A stretch of DNA of 64,000 nucleotides from the human T2T-CHM13v2.0 reference genome, Homo sapiens (GCA_009914755.4 CP086569.2:15488001-15552000), one strand, 5' to 3'; positions 12,393 to 24,360 are shown, numbered from the stretch's first letter. Made by a program: numbers and translations. Notes: generated by a model from the sequence alone, not told the origin.

Positions 12393-12614
12393 TCAGTGTA
12401 AGATTCCCACCTCTTTGTGTTTTTTCACTGTGTGACTGGGCGGGCATTTTTTTGCCCTTTCAGATTGTCCTTCCAATGCCCAGACTTCAGGGTTGATTCC
12501 CTCCTCAAGTAGGGGACAACAAATGGGTAAATTGTTCCCCATATTCATGTAGATAATAGCTCCAGCCTTGGCTAATATATCCCTCCCTAATAAGGGTGTG
12601 GGACTTTCAGGCAT
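12393..12614 (-). pseudogene. protease C-terminal remnant (LLGRDIL motif) of HERV9 pol; RT missing downstream of it
   Basis: ORF ...PLLGRDILAKAGAIIYMNMG... resembles the LLGRD(L/I)L motif of retroviral aspartic protease. Only ~100 bp separate it from the integrase zinc finger. Confidence 0.6.
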
Positions 12615-12920
12615 AACAAGAAAGGCATGTGAAAAGAGCAGAGTCTCCCAATTACAACTGAGGAGATGGGAGAAATACCTGATTACAGGCTGCCCCAGGA
12701 TTCCTCAGATGGTAACTGACCTTGAGGACAGTCGTCCAGGACAGGAGATTAACACTGAGAAGGCTGTGCCAGTATCCAGGAGGAAGTCAATTTCCTGGTC
12801 ATCAATAGTTAAACATACCTGGGGCTCAGTGAGGGTGATGACATGAGCTGGTGCTAGCCCCTGGCACCCTCATTCCTTCTGTTGGATCATCTGGTTGGGG
12901 GCTTCTGACCCAGGGAAACT

Positions 12921-14103
12921 TCATCCTCTGGGGCAGTGCACCTTCCAGTGATTGCCTCGGCATAGTGGACACGGACGAGGGGGCAGCTTGTTTCTTATTG
13001 GACAATCTTTTTTAAAATGTCGTAGTAAACCGCACTGATAACAAGCCCTACCAGGTGATTGGCCTGCTCCATTTTCTGACCTCTCTGAACCACCAAAGTT
13101 TGTTTGTCTGAGGGCCATGACTAAGGCTGTGGCCTTTCTCTGATCTCGCTTTTCCTTTTGGGCCTGTTCTTCTTGGTCCCTATTATAGAACACTGAGGTT
13201 GCCAGGTTTAATAATGTCTCTAGATTTTGTTCAGGGCCCAGGGCTTGCTTTTGGAGCTTTCTCCTGATATCTGCAGCTGATGGATTGGGTAATAAACATA
13301 TCTTTTAGAATCAATTGACCCTCAAGTGATTCAGGTGACAGGGGAGTATATTTTCTTAAGGCCTCTCGTAGCCGCTCGAGGAAGGCAGAAGGTTTTTCTT
13401 CCTTTCCCTGGGTTATGGTAGATATCATTGAATAATTCATGGGCTTTTTTCTAATTCTCCTTAGTCCTTCCAGAACACAGGTCAATAGATGTTTACAACT
13501 CCAGTCCCCATGATCTGAGTCAAGGTCCCAGTGGGGATCCGTACTGGGGATGGCTTGCTGACCAGTAGGGAATTTGTCCCTTTCTTCAGCTGTCATTCTA
13601 TCATTTACTTGACTAAGACACCAGGTATCTCCAAACTCCTAGGCTGCAGCTAAAGCCGCATTCTTTTCATTAAAGGCCAGGGTTTGAACTATCAGTAGCA
13701 TGACATCTCTCCAAGTGAGGTCAAAGGTTTGCCCTAGATGCTGTAGGACATCTATGTACCTATCAGGATCATCTGAAAACTTCCCCAGGTCTGCCTTGAT
13801 CTGCTTTAAATCAGAGAGGGAGAAGGGGACATATACCCGGGTTGGGCCAAATTCCCCTCCTGCTACAGATTGAAGGGGACATAACCGACAGCCCGGGGGT
13901 TTTTGTGGTCCTTTGGAGATTTCTTTGCTTGTTTCCTTCCGGGCAGGGGAGATTAGAGGAGGAGTATCAATAATAGGAAGGGGAGCTATAGGGAGGCTAG
14001 GATATAGGGGTAAGCTGAGGGGTCCTCCTCTGGGATGTAAATTGCAAGCTTTGCATAGTTGTGTATTCTCCCTCAATGAAAAGAAAGCTCGGACATAAGG
14101 CAT
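12921..14103 (-). pseudogene. gag remnant (capsid + nucleocapsid) of HERV9 provirus, in three frames
   Basis: [41 protein letters not shown] resembles the gamma-retroviral CA N-terminus. ITQGKEEKPSAFLERLREALRKYTP resembles the CA major homology region. CYQCGLLRHFKKDC is a CCHC zinc knuckle. Confidence 0.8.
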
Positions 14104-15562
14104 TTCACTCCATTTGCCTTCCCTCTTACAGAAAAGATCAAGCTGCAGGATAGTATTGTAATTTGTACTTCCCTCAGGTGGCCATTTTTCCCCATCAGAA
14201 AGAGAATATTGGGGCCAGGCCGCAGTGCAGAAAAAAAATGAGCTGCCTCTTTTTCAGGGTTTGTGGGTCAAATTGGTCCCAATGGCTTAGGATGCATTTC
14301 AAGGGTGAGCCTGTTGATGCCTGAGTGTTTCCCATCTGAAAGACAAAATTACCCGCAGTTTTGGTTTGTTTTGTTTCTCTCCCTGTCCAAGAACCCGCAA
14401 CGGTCCCTGGACCCTGCTGATCGGAATAGTTGCACTCACTGACGCAGCAACAGAAACACTAGTTTTCCTCCCAGACCACATGGAGGACCGAGGAAGGTCG
14501 GATTTAGTGGTCCTTACTGACGCAATGTTGAAAACCTGCACCCTTGCTTGTCCTCCTAGACCACAAGGAGGACCGACTGAGAAAAATCGGATTTAGTGGC
14601 CCTTACCAACGCATCCTCAAAAACCTGTTAGAGTCCTAAGCGTTCTCCTGTTAGTATTAGGACTTTACCCCTGTCCTATAAAGATGTTATGCCCCAAAAA
14701 TGAAATGGAGGGCCATACCCTGAGGGAGGGAAGGGATCTTCATGGTTGGAAGAGTGACACCTTTTGTCCTCACTTATAGGAAGGATACAATTTCTGAGGC
14801 TCCCCATATCCTAGCTTCAGGAATAACTTTTGTTAGGCCTGTTAGTCTGAGGAGGGATCCTAAAATTCCAGGTAGTCCCCACTATGATGGGGCCTTGGGC
14901 AAAAACTGTATCTTTCTGATTGGTGAGCCCGGGTGCCTAAAGAAGATAACAGAGTCCTGGAGTTTATACTAGAAGTCATTCTTATAGGAGAAACAAGAAA
15001 AGCACCAGAGGCAGGTAGCAATTTTTAGAAGCGGGTCTAGACTCAGAAGAGAGGCGAGAGGAAGTTTGTCTGGCAGGCATTGGGACCCAGAGGGCAAGGG
15101 TCAGTATAGATAGGATAGATAGGCGAGTCTCGCTTGGGCGACATGCTTGAGAGTTCCGCTCATGGCTGCAGGGTCAACCAACATGTTGTTGGGACCCCGG
15201 AGATGCATGGCTTTCCTCTCTGTCGACCCTCGGCTCAGCCCAGAAGTACAGAAAAAGCAGAAGCTGGTTCTAGGTAAAACAACGGTCCCAACTCCAAAGA
15301 GTTGGGGGTTGTTAGAGAGCCCTTTCCCAGAAAGCCTGACACCCGCGTCTTTAGTCTGGCAGCCACACTAGTTGCCTTTAACTGGCTGACAGGTGCCTGG
15401 TATTTAGCCCCCGAATTCTAAGGAAAGATAGGACAATATAGCAAGCGAAAGGGGTCCAATGGTACTCACTGCTTGGCGATAGGTGATGGTCTCACCGCTT
15501 GGCGATTGTCTCACCGCTTGGCAATAGGCGATGGTCTCACTGCTTGGCGATAGGCAAAAGTC

Positions 15563-15580
15563 CCTTCGTGGTCACCAAAA
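15563..15580 (-). promoter_or_regulatory. Primer-binding site of the provirus (TGGTGACCACGAAGGGAC on minus strand), immediately 3' of U5
   Basis: The reverse complement of tcccttcgtggtcacca begins with TGG directly after the U5 end ...ccagacaca. It resembles a CpG-decayed tRNA-Arg-type PBS, which is an inference. Confidence 0.5.
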
Positions 15581-17408
15581 TGTGTCTGGAATTGCTGGGT
15601 TCTTGGTCTCACTGACTTCAAGAATGAAGCTGCGGACCCTCATGGTGAGTGTTACAGCTCTTAAGGTGGCACGTCTGGAGTCTGTCCCTTCTGATGTTCA
15701 GATGTGTTCAGAGTTTCTTCCTTCTGGTGGGTTCGTGGTCTCGCTGGCTCAGGAGTGAAGCTGCAGACCTTCGCAGTGAATGTTACAGCTCTTAAGGTAG
15801 CGCGTCTGGAGTTGTTCGTTTCTCCCGGTGGGCTCGTGGTCTCGCTGGGCTCAGGAGTGAAGCTGCAGATCTTCTTCACGGTGAGTGTTACAGCTCACAA
15901 AAGCAGCGTGGACCCAAAGAGTGAGCAGTAGCAAGATTTATTGCAAAGAGCGAAAAAACTAACCTTCCACAGTGTGGAAGAGGACCGGAGCGAGTTGCCA
16001 ATGCTGGCTCGGGCAGCCTGCTTTTATTCTCTTATCTGGCCCCATCCACATCCTGCTGATTGGTAGAGCCGAGTGGCCTGTTTTGTCAGGGTGCTGCTTG
16101 GCGCGTTTACAATCCCTGAGCTAGATACAAATGTTCTCCACGTCCCCATCAGATTAGTTAGATACAGAGTTTCGACACACATGTTCTCCAAGGCCCCACC
16201 AGAGCAGCTAGATACAGAGTGTCGATTGCTTCATTCACAAACCTTGAGCTAAACAGAGGGTGCTGATTGGTGTATTTACAATCCTTGAGCTAGATAGAGA
16301 GTGCCGATTGGTGTATTTACAATCCCTGAGCTAGATACAGAGTGCCGATTGGTGTATTTACAATCCCTGAGCTAGACATAAAGGTTCTCCACGTCCTCAC
16401 CAGAGCAGCTAGATACAGAGTGTTGATTGGTGAACTCACAAACCTTGAGCTAAACACAGGGTGCTGATTGGTGTATTTACAATCCCTGAGCTAGATATAA
16501 AGACTCTCCACGTCCTCACCGGAGCAGCTAGATACAGAGTTTCGATTGGTGCACTCAAATCTTGAGCTAAACACAGGGTGCTGACTGGTGTATTTACAAT
16601 CCCTGAGCTAGATATAAAGACTCTCCACGTCCTCACAAGAGCAGCTAGATACAGTGTCGATTGGTGCACTCACAAACCTTGAGCTAAACACAGGGTGCTG
16701 ACTGATGTATTTACAATCCCTGATCTAGATATACAGATTCTCCACGTCCCCACCAGACTCAGGAGCCCAGCTGGCTTCACCTAGTGGATCCCGCACTGGG
16801 GCTACACGTGGAGCTGACTGCCAGTCCTGCGCCATGCGCTGGCATTCCTCAGCCCTTGGGTGGTCAATGGGACTGGGTGCCGTGGAGCAGGGTTGGTGCT
16901 CGTCGGGGAGGCTCGGGCCACACAGGAGCCCATGGAGTGGGTGGGAGGCTCAGACATGGCGGGCTGCAGGTCCCGAGCCCTGCCCCGTGGGAAGGCAGCT
17001 GAGGCCTGGCTAGAAATCCAGCGCAGCGCCGGTGGGCCAGCGCTGCTGGGGTACTCAGTATACCCTCCACAGCCACTGGCCCAGATGCTAAGTCCCCCAT
17101 TGCCTGGGGCCAGCAGGGCTGGCCGGCTGCTCCGAGTGCGGGGCCAGCCAAGCCCACGCCCACCCAGAACTCCAGCTGGCCTGCAAGCACAGCAGGCAGC
17201 CCCGGTTCCCGCTCACGCCTCTCCCTCCACACCTCCCTACAAGCTGAAGGAGTGGGCTCCAGCCTTGTCCAGCCCAGAAAAGGGCTCCCACAGTGCAGTG
17301 GGGGTACTGAAGGGCTCCTCAAATGCCACCAAAGTGGGAGCCCAGGCAGGGGAGGTGCCAAGAGCAAGCAACGGCTCTAAGGACTGCCAGCAATGCTGTC
17401 ACCTCTCA
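15581..17408 (-). repeat. LTR12-type 5' LTR of the HERV9 provirus (longer than 3' LTR by ~160 bp owing to extra U3 tandem repeat units)
   Basis: It aligns with 7329-8995 along its whole length. tttatt lies at ~15938. Tandem GATTGG-containing units span 16090-16730. The GC-rich end runs through 17408 (tgtcacctctca). Confidence 0.85.
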
Positions 17409-17519
17409 ATAATATCCCTGAATTACATCTGCTACTCCGCTGCTCTACCCATCTAACAAGTAAGTGATGGAGACATTGATGGTTCTATTAGTCAGGGTTC
17501 TCTGGAGGGACAGAACTAA

Positions 17520-17524
17520 TAGGA

Positions 17525-17563
<39 letters not shown>

Positions 17564-19200
17564 CTAACCCTTACCATAACATATATATGTGTGTGTGTGT
17601 GTCTGTGTGTGTAAAGGATATACAAATATACATACAACTAATAGGATATATGTATGTGTGTTTATATAGATAATATCTATGTTTTTATATAAATATATAT
17701 AAATTATGTATATGAATATAACAAAATATATATTTATATATAGTATATATAAACACACACACAGATATATATCCTATTAGTGATAAGTGATAAAGAGTAG
17801 TGTTTATATATATACATATATAATAAATTCTTCTTTATATATATATACACATCTATATTTGTGTGTGTGTGTGTCCATATATATATATAAGTTTATTAAG
17901 CAGTATGAACTCACGGGATCTCAAGGTCCCACACAGTAGACGATCTGCAAGCTGAGGAGCGAGGAAGCCAGTTAGAGTTCCAAAGCTGAAGAATTTGGAG
18001 TCTGATGTTCCAGGGCAGGAAGAATCAAGCACAGGACAGATGTAGACTTGGAGGGTAAGGCAGTCTTGTCTTTTCACGTTTTTCTGCCTGCTTTATAATT
18101 TCTGGCAGCTGATGAGATGGTGCCTACCCGCTTGAGTGTGGGTCTGCCTTCCCCAGCCCACTGACTCAAATGTTAATTTCCTTTGACAACACCCTCACAG
18201 AGACACCTGGGATCAGTACTGTGCATCCATCAATCCAATCAAGTTGACACTCAGCATTAACCATCACAATGGTGTACAACTGACTGGAGTTAAAGTGAGA
18301 GTCAGGCTTTGAATCATAGTCGTAAAACTGCACAAATTCTCTGCCCCATACTACCTCCCAGACACATAATACATGCAGGAGTAGGTGTTTTTGTGCCTGT
18401 TATAGTGCATTTGAGCCTGTTGTTCTTTACTTTGCTCTTGTGTCAGACCATCTCTCCAAAAACAGATGATCAGCATCATACACAACTGGTAGTATTGATT
18501 ATCTGCAGCATAAAGCATGGAACATGGGATTTTCAGGGAATGGAGTAGGAAAAATTCCTGAACCTAAGCAGCTTAATACCTTAATATTTCACTTGGTTAG
18601 TTTGAATACATATACTTCTACACACACACACATGAAATTACATGGATAATATAAGCTTTAATGTATTGTATATATAATATAAATCTCTCTAACCTCCAAA
18701 AATGTATATATCCAAACTATTTGTCAATTTCTCTCTCTCTTTCCCCCCTCTTGCTCTTTCCACATATTTATGTATAAAACAGTTTTTCAAACTAACCAAC
18801 TGAAATATTAAGCTCCTATGTTATATATATAATATATATTTCTGCAAATAACCAAAATATCAAAGCAATTAAGCTCCTGTTTCATGTATCTATTGTATAT
18901 AGATATATGTGTGTGTGTGTACATGTATACAGTATTTCTCCAAACTAAGCAACTGAAAAATATTAAGCTCCTATGTCTTACATATATAAAATATTTATTC
19001 AAATAAGCAAGCAAAATATTAGGCTATTAAGCTCCTATGAATAATGTTTTATTTTATTCTATATAAATAGAATAATATGAATATGTTTCATATTATTCTG
19101 TATATTATATATATATACACAGCAGGTTAGTTTGAAGACATGTATGCATATATTAAAATCTACTTTATAATTTGATATATAATAAGTTAAGTACAAACTT
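17520..19200. repeat. AT-rich low-complexity / microsatellite block: (TA)22 at 17529-17572, several (TG)n/(CA)n runs, and a degenerate ~100-bp tandem repeat containing aactgaaatattaagctcctatg
   Basis: Pure (ta)n at 17529-17572. tgtgtgtg runs at 17587-17612, 17862-17877 and 18905-18918. The motif caaactaa(c/g)caactgaaa(a)tattaagctcctatg recurs at ~18781 and ~18935, with partial copies at ~18869 and ~19026. Confidence 0.7.
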
Positions 19201-19737
19201 TCATGAAATATGTATGAGAAGAAGGAAGACTATTTTTATAGTACGATTAGTACAGTGAATTCTGGGGAAAAAGTAAATACTCATTTCAAATCCTCATGTA
19301 CAATTCAAATAAACAAAAATCTGGTGGCATGTTTACAGCCTGCTAATATAGATTATGTGGTGTTGGAAAACATTTTATTTTTACAAGTACCTAGTAGGTG
19401 TATATATTTGTGGGTTATATGAGCTATTTCAATATAGGCATACAATGATAAAAATCACATTAAAATAAATGGGGTACACATCACCTCAAGCATTTATCGT
19501 TTATTTGTTTTACAGGCTTTCATTTATACTTTTAGTTATTTAAAAATATGCAGTAAATTAGTGTTGACTGCAGATACCCTATTGTGCTATGAAATACTAG
19601 ATCTTCTTCATTCTGTCTCACTATATTTTTGTGCCTATTAACCATCCCCACTTCTCTATCCCTCCCATTACTCTCCCCAGCCTATGGTAACCATCATTCT
19701 ATTCTCTGTCTCCCTGAAGGCAACTGGAAGGCTATTT

Positions 19738-20053
19738 TTCTTTTTTTCTTTTTCTTTTTTTTTTTGAGACAGAGTCTCCCTCTGTCACCCAGAATGATGT
19801 CGCCCAGTGATGCAGTCTAGGTTCCCTGCAACCTGCCCCTTGTGGGTTCAAGTGTTTTTCCAGTCTCAGCCTCCCAAGCAGCTGGGATTACAGGTGCACA
19901 CCACCTCGCCCACCTAATTTTTGGTGGTTTTTTTTTGTAGACACAGGGTTTCACCATGTTGGCCAGGCTGGTCTCGAACTCCTTACCTCGTGATCCACCC
20001 ACCTAGGCCTCCCAAAGTGCTGGAATTACAGGCGTGAGCCACCACACCTGGCC
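19738..20053 (-). repeat. Alu (antisense)
   Basis: tttttttttgagacagagtctccctctgtcacccag ... ggcgtgagccaccacacctggcc. Confidence 0.9.
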
Positions 20054-20291
20054 TGGAAGACATATTTTTAAAGGATAGGCTGGAAGGTTGCATTGACTTT
20101 CGCTGTTTCTGGCTCACTAAATCCTGCTATTTTCTGCAGTAGGGATTGCTACACTTACGTTATGCTTTCCTACTGCAGAGAAGGACATTCTGTTCCCACT
20201 GGGCTCCTATACTGCCTCTACAGTCGGCTTTGGAGATAACAGCCTGAGGCGTCAGAGCGTCTTGGTGGTGAAAGCATCTTAAGATGTCACT

Positions 20292-20589
20292 GGCACGGCT
20301 GGGTGCTGTGGCTCACGCCTGTAATGCTAGCATTTTGGAAGGCTGAGGCGGGCGGATCACGAAGTCAAGAGATTGAGACCATCCTGGCCAACATGGTGAA
20401 ACCCCATCTCTACCAAAAATACAAAAATTAGCTCGGCAGTGCCTGTAGTCCCAGCTACTCGGGAGGCTGAGGCAGGAGAATTGCTTTAACCTGGGAGCAG
20501 AGGTTGCAGTAAGCCGAGATCGAGCAACTGCACTTCAGTCTGGCGACTGAGCTAGACTCGGTCTCAAATAAGGGGGTTAAAAAAAAAAG
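20292..20589 (+). repeat. Alu (AluS/Y-like) with polyA
   Basis: ggcacggctgggtgctgtggctcacgcctgtaatgctagcattttggaaggctgaggcgggcggatcacgaagtcaagag ... ggttaaaaaaaaaag. Confidence 0.9.
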
Positions 20590-21439
20590 AGGTCACTGGT
20601 ACAAGCCCTTGTTTTGCAGTGGAAGGAGATGAAGTCCAGGCCACTATATGATGGGCCAGAGAGCACGTGGCTTATTAGTGACCACGGCTATAGTGGCTCA
20701 AGTTCCCTGGCTGCTGGCCATGGCTGGCAGGATCCCGGGGCTTTTCTGCCTAATACGTGGGTCTGTTGCCTTGGGTGTGTTGCATTGGGCTTGTCGCATA
20801 ATCATGGAGAAATAGATTTTCTCTTCAATTTTTAAATCCAAGATATTTTGGCAGCACATGGGAAAATAAAGTCATTGAGTAAGAAAACCTATACAGATGA
20901 GCATCTTTTGATTAAATTTTCATTATAAAATAATCACAGTCACAAAACCTGAATCAAAACGTATACACAGATAATCATCTTAAAGAGTAAAAAATAATCA
21001 GGTACATAGTATTGTACTCACTGACAGACCAGGAAAGAGCATTCCCACTGTTTTTGTATATCAGTGTGAGTTTGCTTCCTGTCTCCTACCTCGCAGAGAA
21101 ATGTACTTCCTCAGGATTCGGTTTTCAGAATGCCCTTGCTATGTTATTTCAGGACAAACATAGTTCTGAGCAATATATTGTTTAGTTTTACCCTTATGTA
21201 AATGAAAATCACACTATTTGTAGTGTTTTATGGCTTGGCTTTTATGTTTGAGGTTTTCCCATTTTGGTCCATATATCTGTATTTTATTCATTTTTTACTG
21301 TTGTGTAAAGCTTTCTGCTTTAATATGCCAACATTTATTTATTCATTGTCCTATTTATGGATATCTGGATTGTCGTAACTTTTTTTGCAATTACAATTTG
21401 GGTTGCATTGTCCCCAGCAAACTAATGCAGGGACAGAAA

Positions 21440-21715
21440 ACCAAACACTGCATGTTCTCACTTATAAGTGGCAGCTCAACGATGATAACATGTGAACACA
21501 TGTGGGTGGAGAACAACACATAATGTGGCCTGTCTGGGGATTTGGGAGGAGGGAGAACATCAGGAAGAATAACTAATGGATGCTGGGATTAATACCTAGG
21601 TGATGGGTTGATTCGTGCAGCAAATAAACATGGCACATGTTTACCTGTGTAACAAACCTACAAATCCTGCACATTTACCATGAAAATTAAAATAAAAGTT
21701 GAAGAAAAAATATTG
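21440..21715 (+). repeat. L1 (L1PA-like) 3'-end fragment
   Basis: acactgcatgttctcacttataagtggcagctcaacgatgataacatgtgaacacatgtgg...taatacctaggtgatgggttgattcgtgcagcaaataaacatggcacatgtttacctgtgtaacaaacctacaaatcctgcacatttacc matches the L1 3' UTR end. Confidence 0.8.
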
Positions 21716-21784
21716 GGGCTGCAATGGACATTTCTGTACATATTTTCTGATGCAAATATTTTAGAAACCCTATAGAGGATGGAT

Positions 21785-21823
21785 GTGTGTGTGTGTGTGC
21801 GTGGTGTGTGTGTGTGTGTGTGT
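21785..21823. repeat. (GT)n microsatellite; similar (GT)n/(TG)n tracts at 44167-44191, 53311-53345, 56499-56528, and (ATC)n-like tract at 57255-57320
   Basis: Direct inspection: tgtgtgtgtgtgtgcgtggtgtgtgtgtgtgtgtgtgt. Confidence 0.9.
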
Positions 21824-22639
21824 CTACTTTCACCATAGGATTCTGTATCTTCTACTTTCTAATGTGATTTAAAATTGTTTTGCAGTGGGGTTGCACAGAG
21901 GCTCAGCATCATTGCATGGGAGTTCTAGTTGCTCCAGATCTTTCTTCAGTAGTTGATATCATTGTATCAAATTTTTATTAATACTATTCTGATTTCATCT
22001 GCATTTCACCAATAATGAATGGCATTGAGCCTCTTGTCCTATGTTGAGGCTATCTGTAGATGTGAGGACTTCTTCCTTGATACGGATTTATGGTGGAGGA
22101 ATCAATCACCAAAGATGGCTCTGAGTGTAGGCTGAATGACTAAAAATATAATGATCTAGTTATCTAAATATAAAACAAAATTGTTTAAGCAATTTGGGGG
22201 ATTGGAGAATGAGAGTTTTAGGAGAACCATAAGATATCTATCTGACTATATTCTTCAAGACAAGATAGTCATGGCAGTACAGGCATGGTGGCACATAACA
22301 TTTTGTCACCTGGCACTACACGAGTGTGCTTCCATGACCTTGAGGATATATATGACTTTGAGTTTGGTGAGACAGATGAACACAAAGCCCAGAGAATCTG
22401 CAAATTATTTGACTTAGATTTAGATATTGTGTTTGGAAAACATTTGACACAGAAAATCAAGCATTAGCAAGCATTTATTATTTGCTTGTGTTAGCTTTAG
22501 TTATGCAGATGATGAATAATAAGAAAAAAAGCATCACAGGTAGGGATAGATACTGTCATGAAAATTTAAGCTTCTCATGGGCAGGAACTCATTCTTAACC
22601 CCACTATGTGCCCTTACTAAGCGCAGTGATCTTTATGGG

Positions 22640-23000
22640 ATACTTCTATGATCTGAAGACTTGTGTCCTTCCAGAATCCACATGTTGACATTGTAAACCC
22701 AAAGTGATGGTGCTAGGAGGTAGGGGCTTTGGAGCTGCCGAGATGTTGAGAGTGGATGCCACGTGAATGGCATTAATGACATTTTAAAAGATACCCCAGG
22801 GACATTACTTGCTCCTCCCCTCTTTTCCAAAGTCATAAGGAAAAGTCAGCCCTCTAGGCATTGGGCCCTCACCATACACTGAATCTACCATATCTTGATT
22901 TCGGATTTCCAGTCTCCAGAACTGTGAGCAATGAATCTCTATGGTGTATAAGCCCCACCACCACCCGCCCCAACGACACTCACCCCAGGCTATGATATTT
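22640..23000 (+). repeat. Ancient interspersed repeat (family not confidently named; the widespread '...ccagcctccagaactgtgag..aataaat...ctatggtatt..' mammalian repeat)
   Basis: ...tgatttcggatttccagtctccagaactgtgagcaatgaatctctatggtgtataagcc... resembles the 3' half of a common medium-reiteration repeat. The 5' half of the same family flanks the AGK retrocopy at ~57630-57700 and 59965-60060. Confidence 0.4.
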
Positions 23001-23402
23001 TGTTACAGCAGCCTGAATGGACTAACCCAACTTCTGTGCTTTGCTGTTGTCTTATTTCTTTGGTCAGTGTAGGATCTTGCTGTCCGCATAGTTTGCTCTA
23101 GAAAGATGGATGCTCTATTCCTAATGGTGTATTTGGCCTTCCTATCTATGGAATATTCTCCTATCCAATCAGTCTTGGTAACATATAAATGATTAACTCT
23201 ACCCTTGGGTATAGTTTTGGTTCTGCTAAGTCCCCTGCTGAAAATTCTGGTTTCTACCATTATGGCTCATGCATGTTCCTGACCCATTAAACTTCAGTGG
23301 AAGAATAGAAATGGAGAGGGAGGTGATGGAGTTGATATCTTAAACTGCAATATGGTGCAAGCCCATCTTGCAGATAATATATTTGGTGTCTTCCTTATCT
23401 TT

Positions 23403-23517
23403 TTAAGAGCGGCCTTGCTATGTTGCCTAGCCTAAAATCAAACTCCTGGGCAAGTGATGCTTGTGGCTCAGCCTCCCAATTACCTGGCATTACAGACATG
23501 TACCACCATGCCTGGCC
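23403..23517 (-). repeat. Alu fragment (antisense)
   Basis: ggccttgctatgttgcctagcctaaaatcaaactcctgggcaagtgatgc...cattacagacatgtaccaccatgcctggcc. Confidence 0.7.
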
Positions 23518-23689
23518 ACGTTTTTACTCTCCAATTACTTAATATATAGTAAAGCTAATGGTTCACAGTGGTTCATTTTTTTGTGTGTATTCCAATAACA
23601 TTTTATTTATTTATTACCTTGAACATATTCAATATTTATTTGACAAGTTTTTATAATTTTAACATTTTTTTTTAATTCATGTGGTATGA

Positions 23690-24360
23690 GTGTAAGTTTT
23701 TTTCTCTGGGTGTATTGGATGGTGCTGAGGTTTGAGGTGCAGATGATTCTGTCATACACCTATGGAGCATGGTACACAATAGGTAGTTTTCCAACTTTAC
23801 CCTCTCTGTCACCCCTATTTAGTAGTCCTGAGTTTCTGTTATTGCTTTATGTTCATGAGTATCCAATGTTTAGTTCCCACTTATAAGTGAGAACATGTGG
23901 TATTTAACTTTCTGTTTCTGCATTAATTTACTTAGGATAATGGCTTCCAGCTGCATCCATGTTCCTGCAGAGGACATGATTTTGTTTGTTTTTATGGCTG
24001 AATAGTATTCCATGGTATGTATGTATCACATATTCTTTATTCAAACCACCATTGATGGGCACTTAGGTTGATTCCATGTCTGCTATTGTGAATAGTGCTG
24101 TAATTAGCATACGTGTGCATTTGTCTTTTTTGTTAGAATGATTTATTTTCATTTATATATATATATAAAACAATTAATGGGATTGCTAGGTCTGTGGTAG
24201 TTCCTCTTAAGTTCCTTGAGAAATCTCCATACTGTTTTACACAATGGCTAATTCACATTCTCACCAACAGTATATGTAGCCTTCTCTTCTCTGCAGCCTC
24301 AAAGACACCTGTTGTTTTTGATGTTTTATGAACAGCCTTTCTGACTGGTGTGAGTTTTTG
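23690..24360 (-). repeat. L1 fragment (3' UTR / ORF2 C-terminal region, antisense)
   Basis: cccacttataagtgagaacatgtggtatttaactttctgtttctgcattaatttacttaggataatggcttccagctgcatccatgttcctgcagaggacatgatt... is L1 3' end antisense. Confidence 0.75.

Larger units (their letters stand above)
7329..17408 (-). mobile_element. HERV9-type endogenous retrovirus provirus (ERV class I, gamma-like), LTR12-type LTRs; degraded, with internal RT/RNaseH deletion
   Basis: Two co-oriented LTR12-like LTRs (7329-8995 and 15581-17408) both begin tgtgtctgg and end tgtcacctctca. Between them, on the minus strand, lie in order a PBS, a leader, gag (CA plus NC zinc knuckle), protease LLGRD, an integrase HHCC plus DDE core, and env (CWLC, RQRR furin site, fusion peptide, ISD, GPCIFN anchor). 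Flanks are ..aataa|LTR and LTR|ataat.., a possible 4-5 bp TSD. Confidence 0.85.

Noticed and set aside
22640-23000. Naming the old interspersed repeat here (and flanking the AGK retrocopy) as a specific family (MaLR MLT/MST-type vs MER-type DNA transposon)
   Set aside because: I recognise the sequence as a very common mammalian repeat but cannot assign the family name from memory with confidence. It is left unclassified in the feature table.
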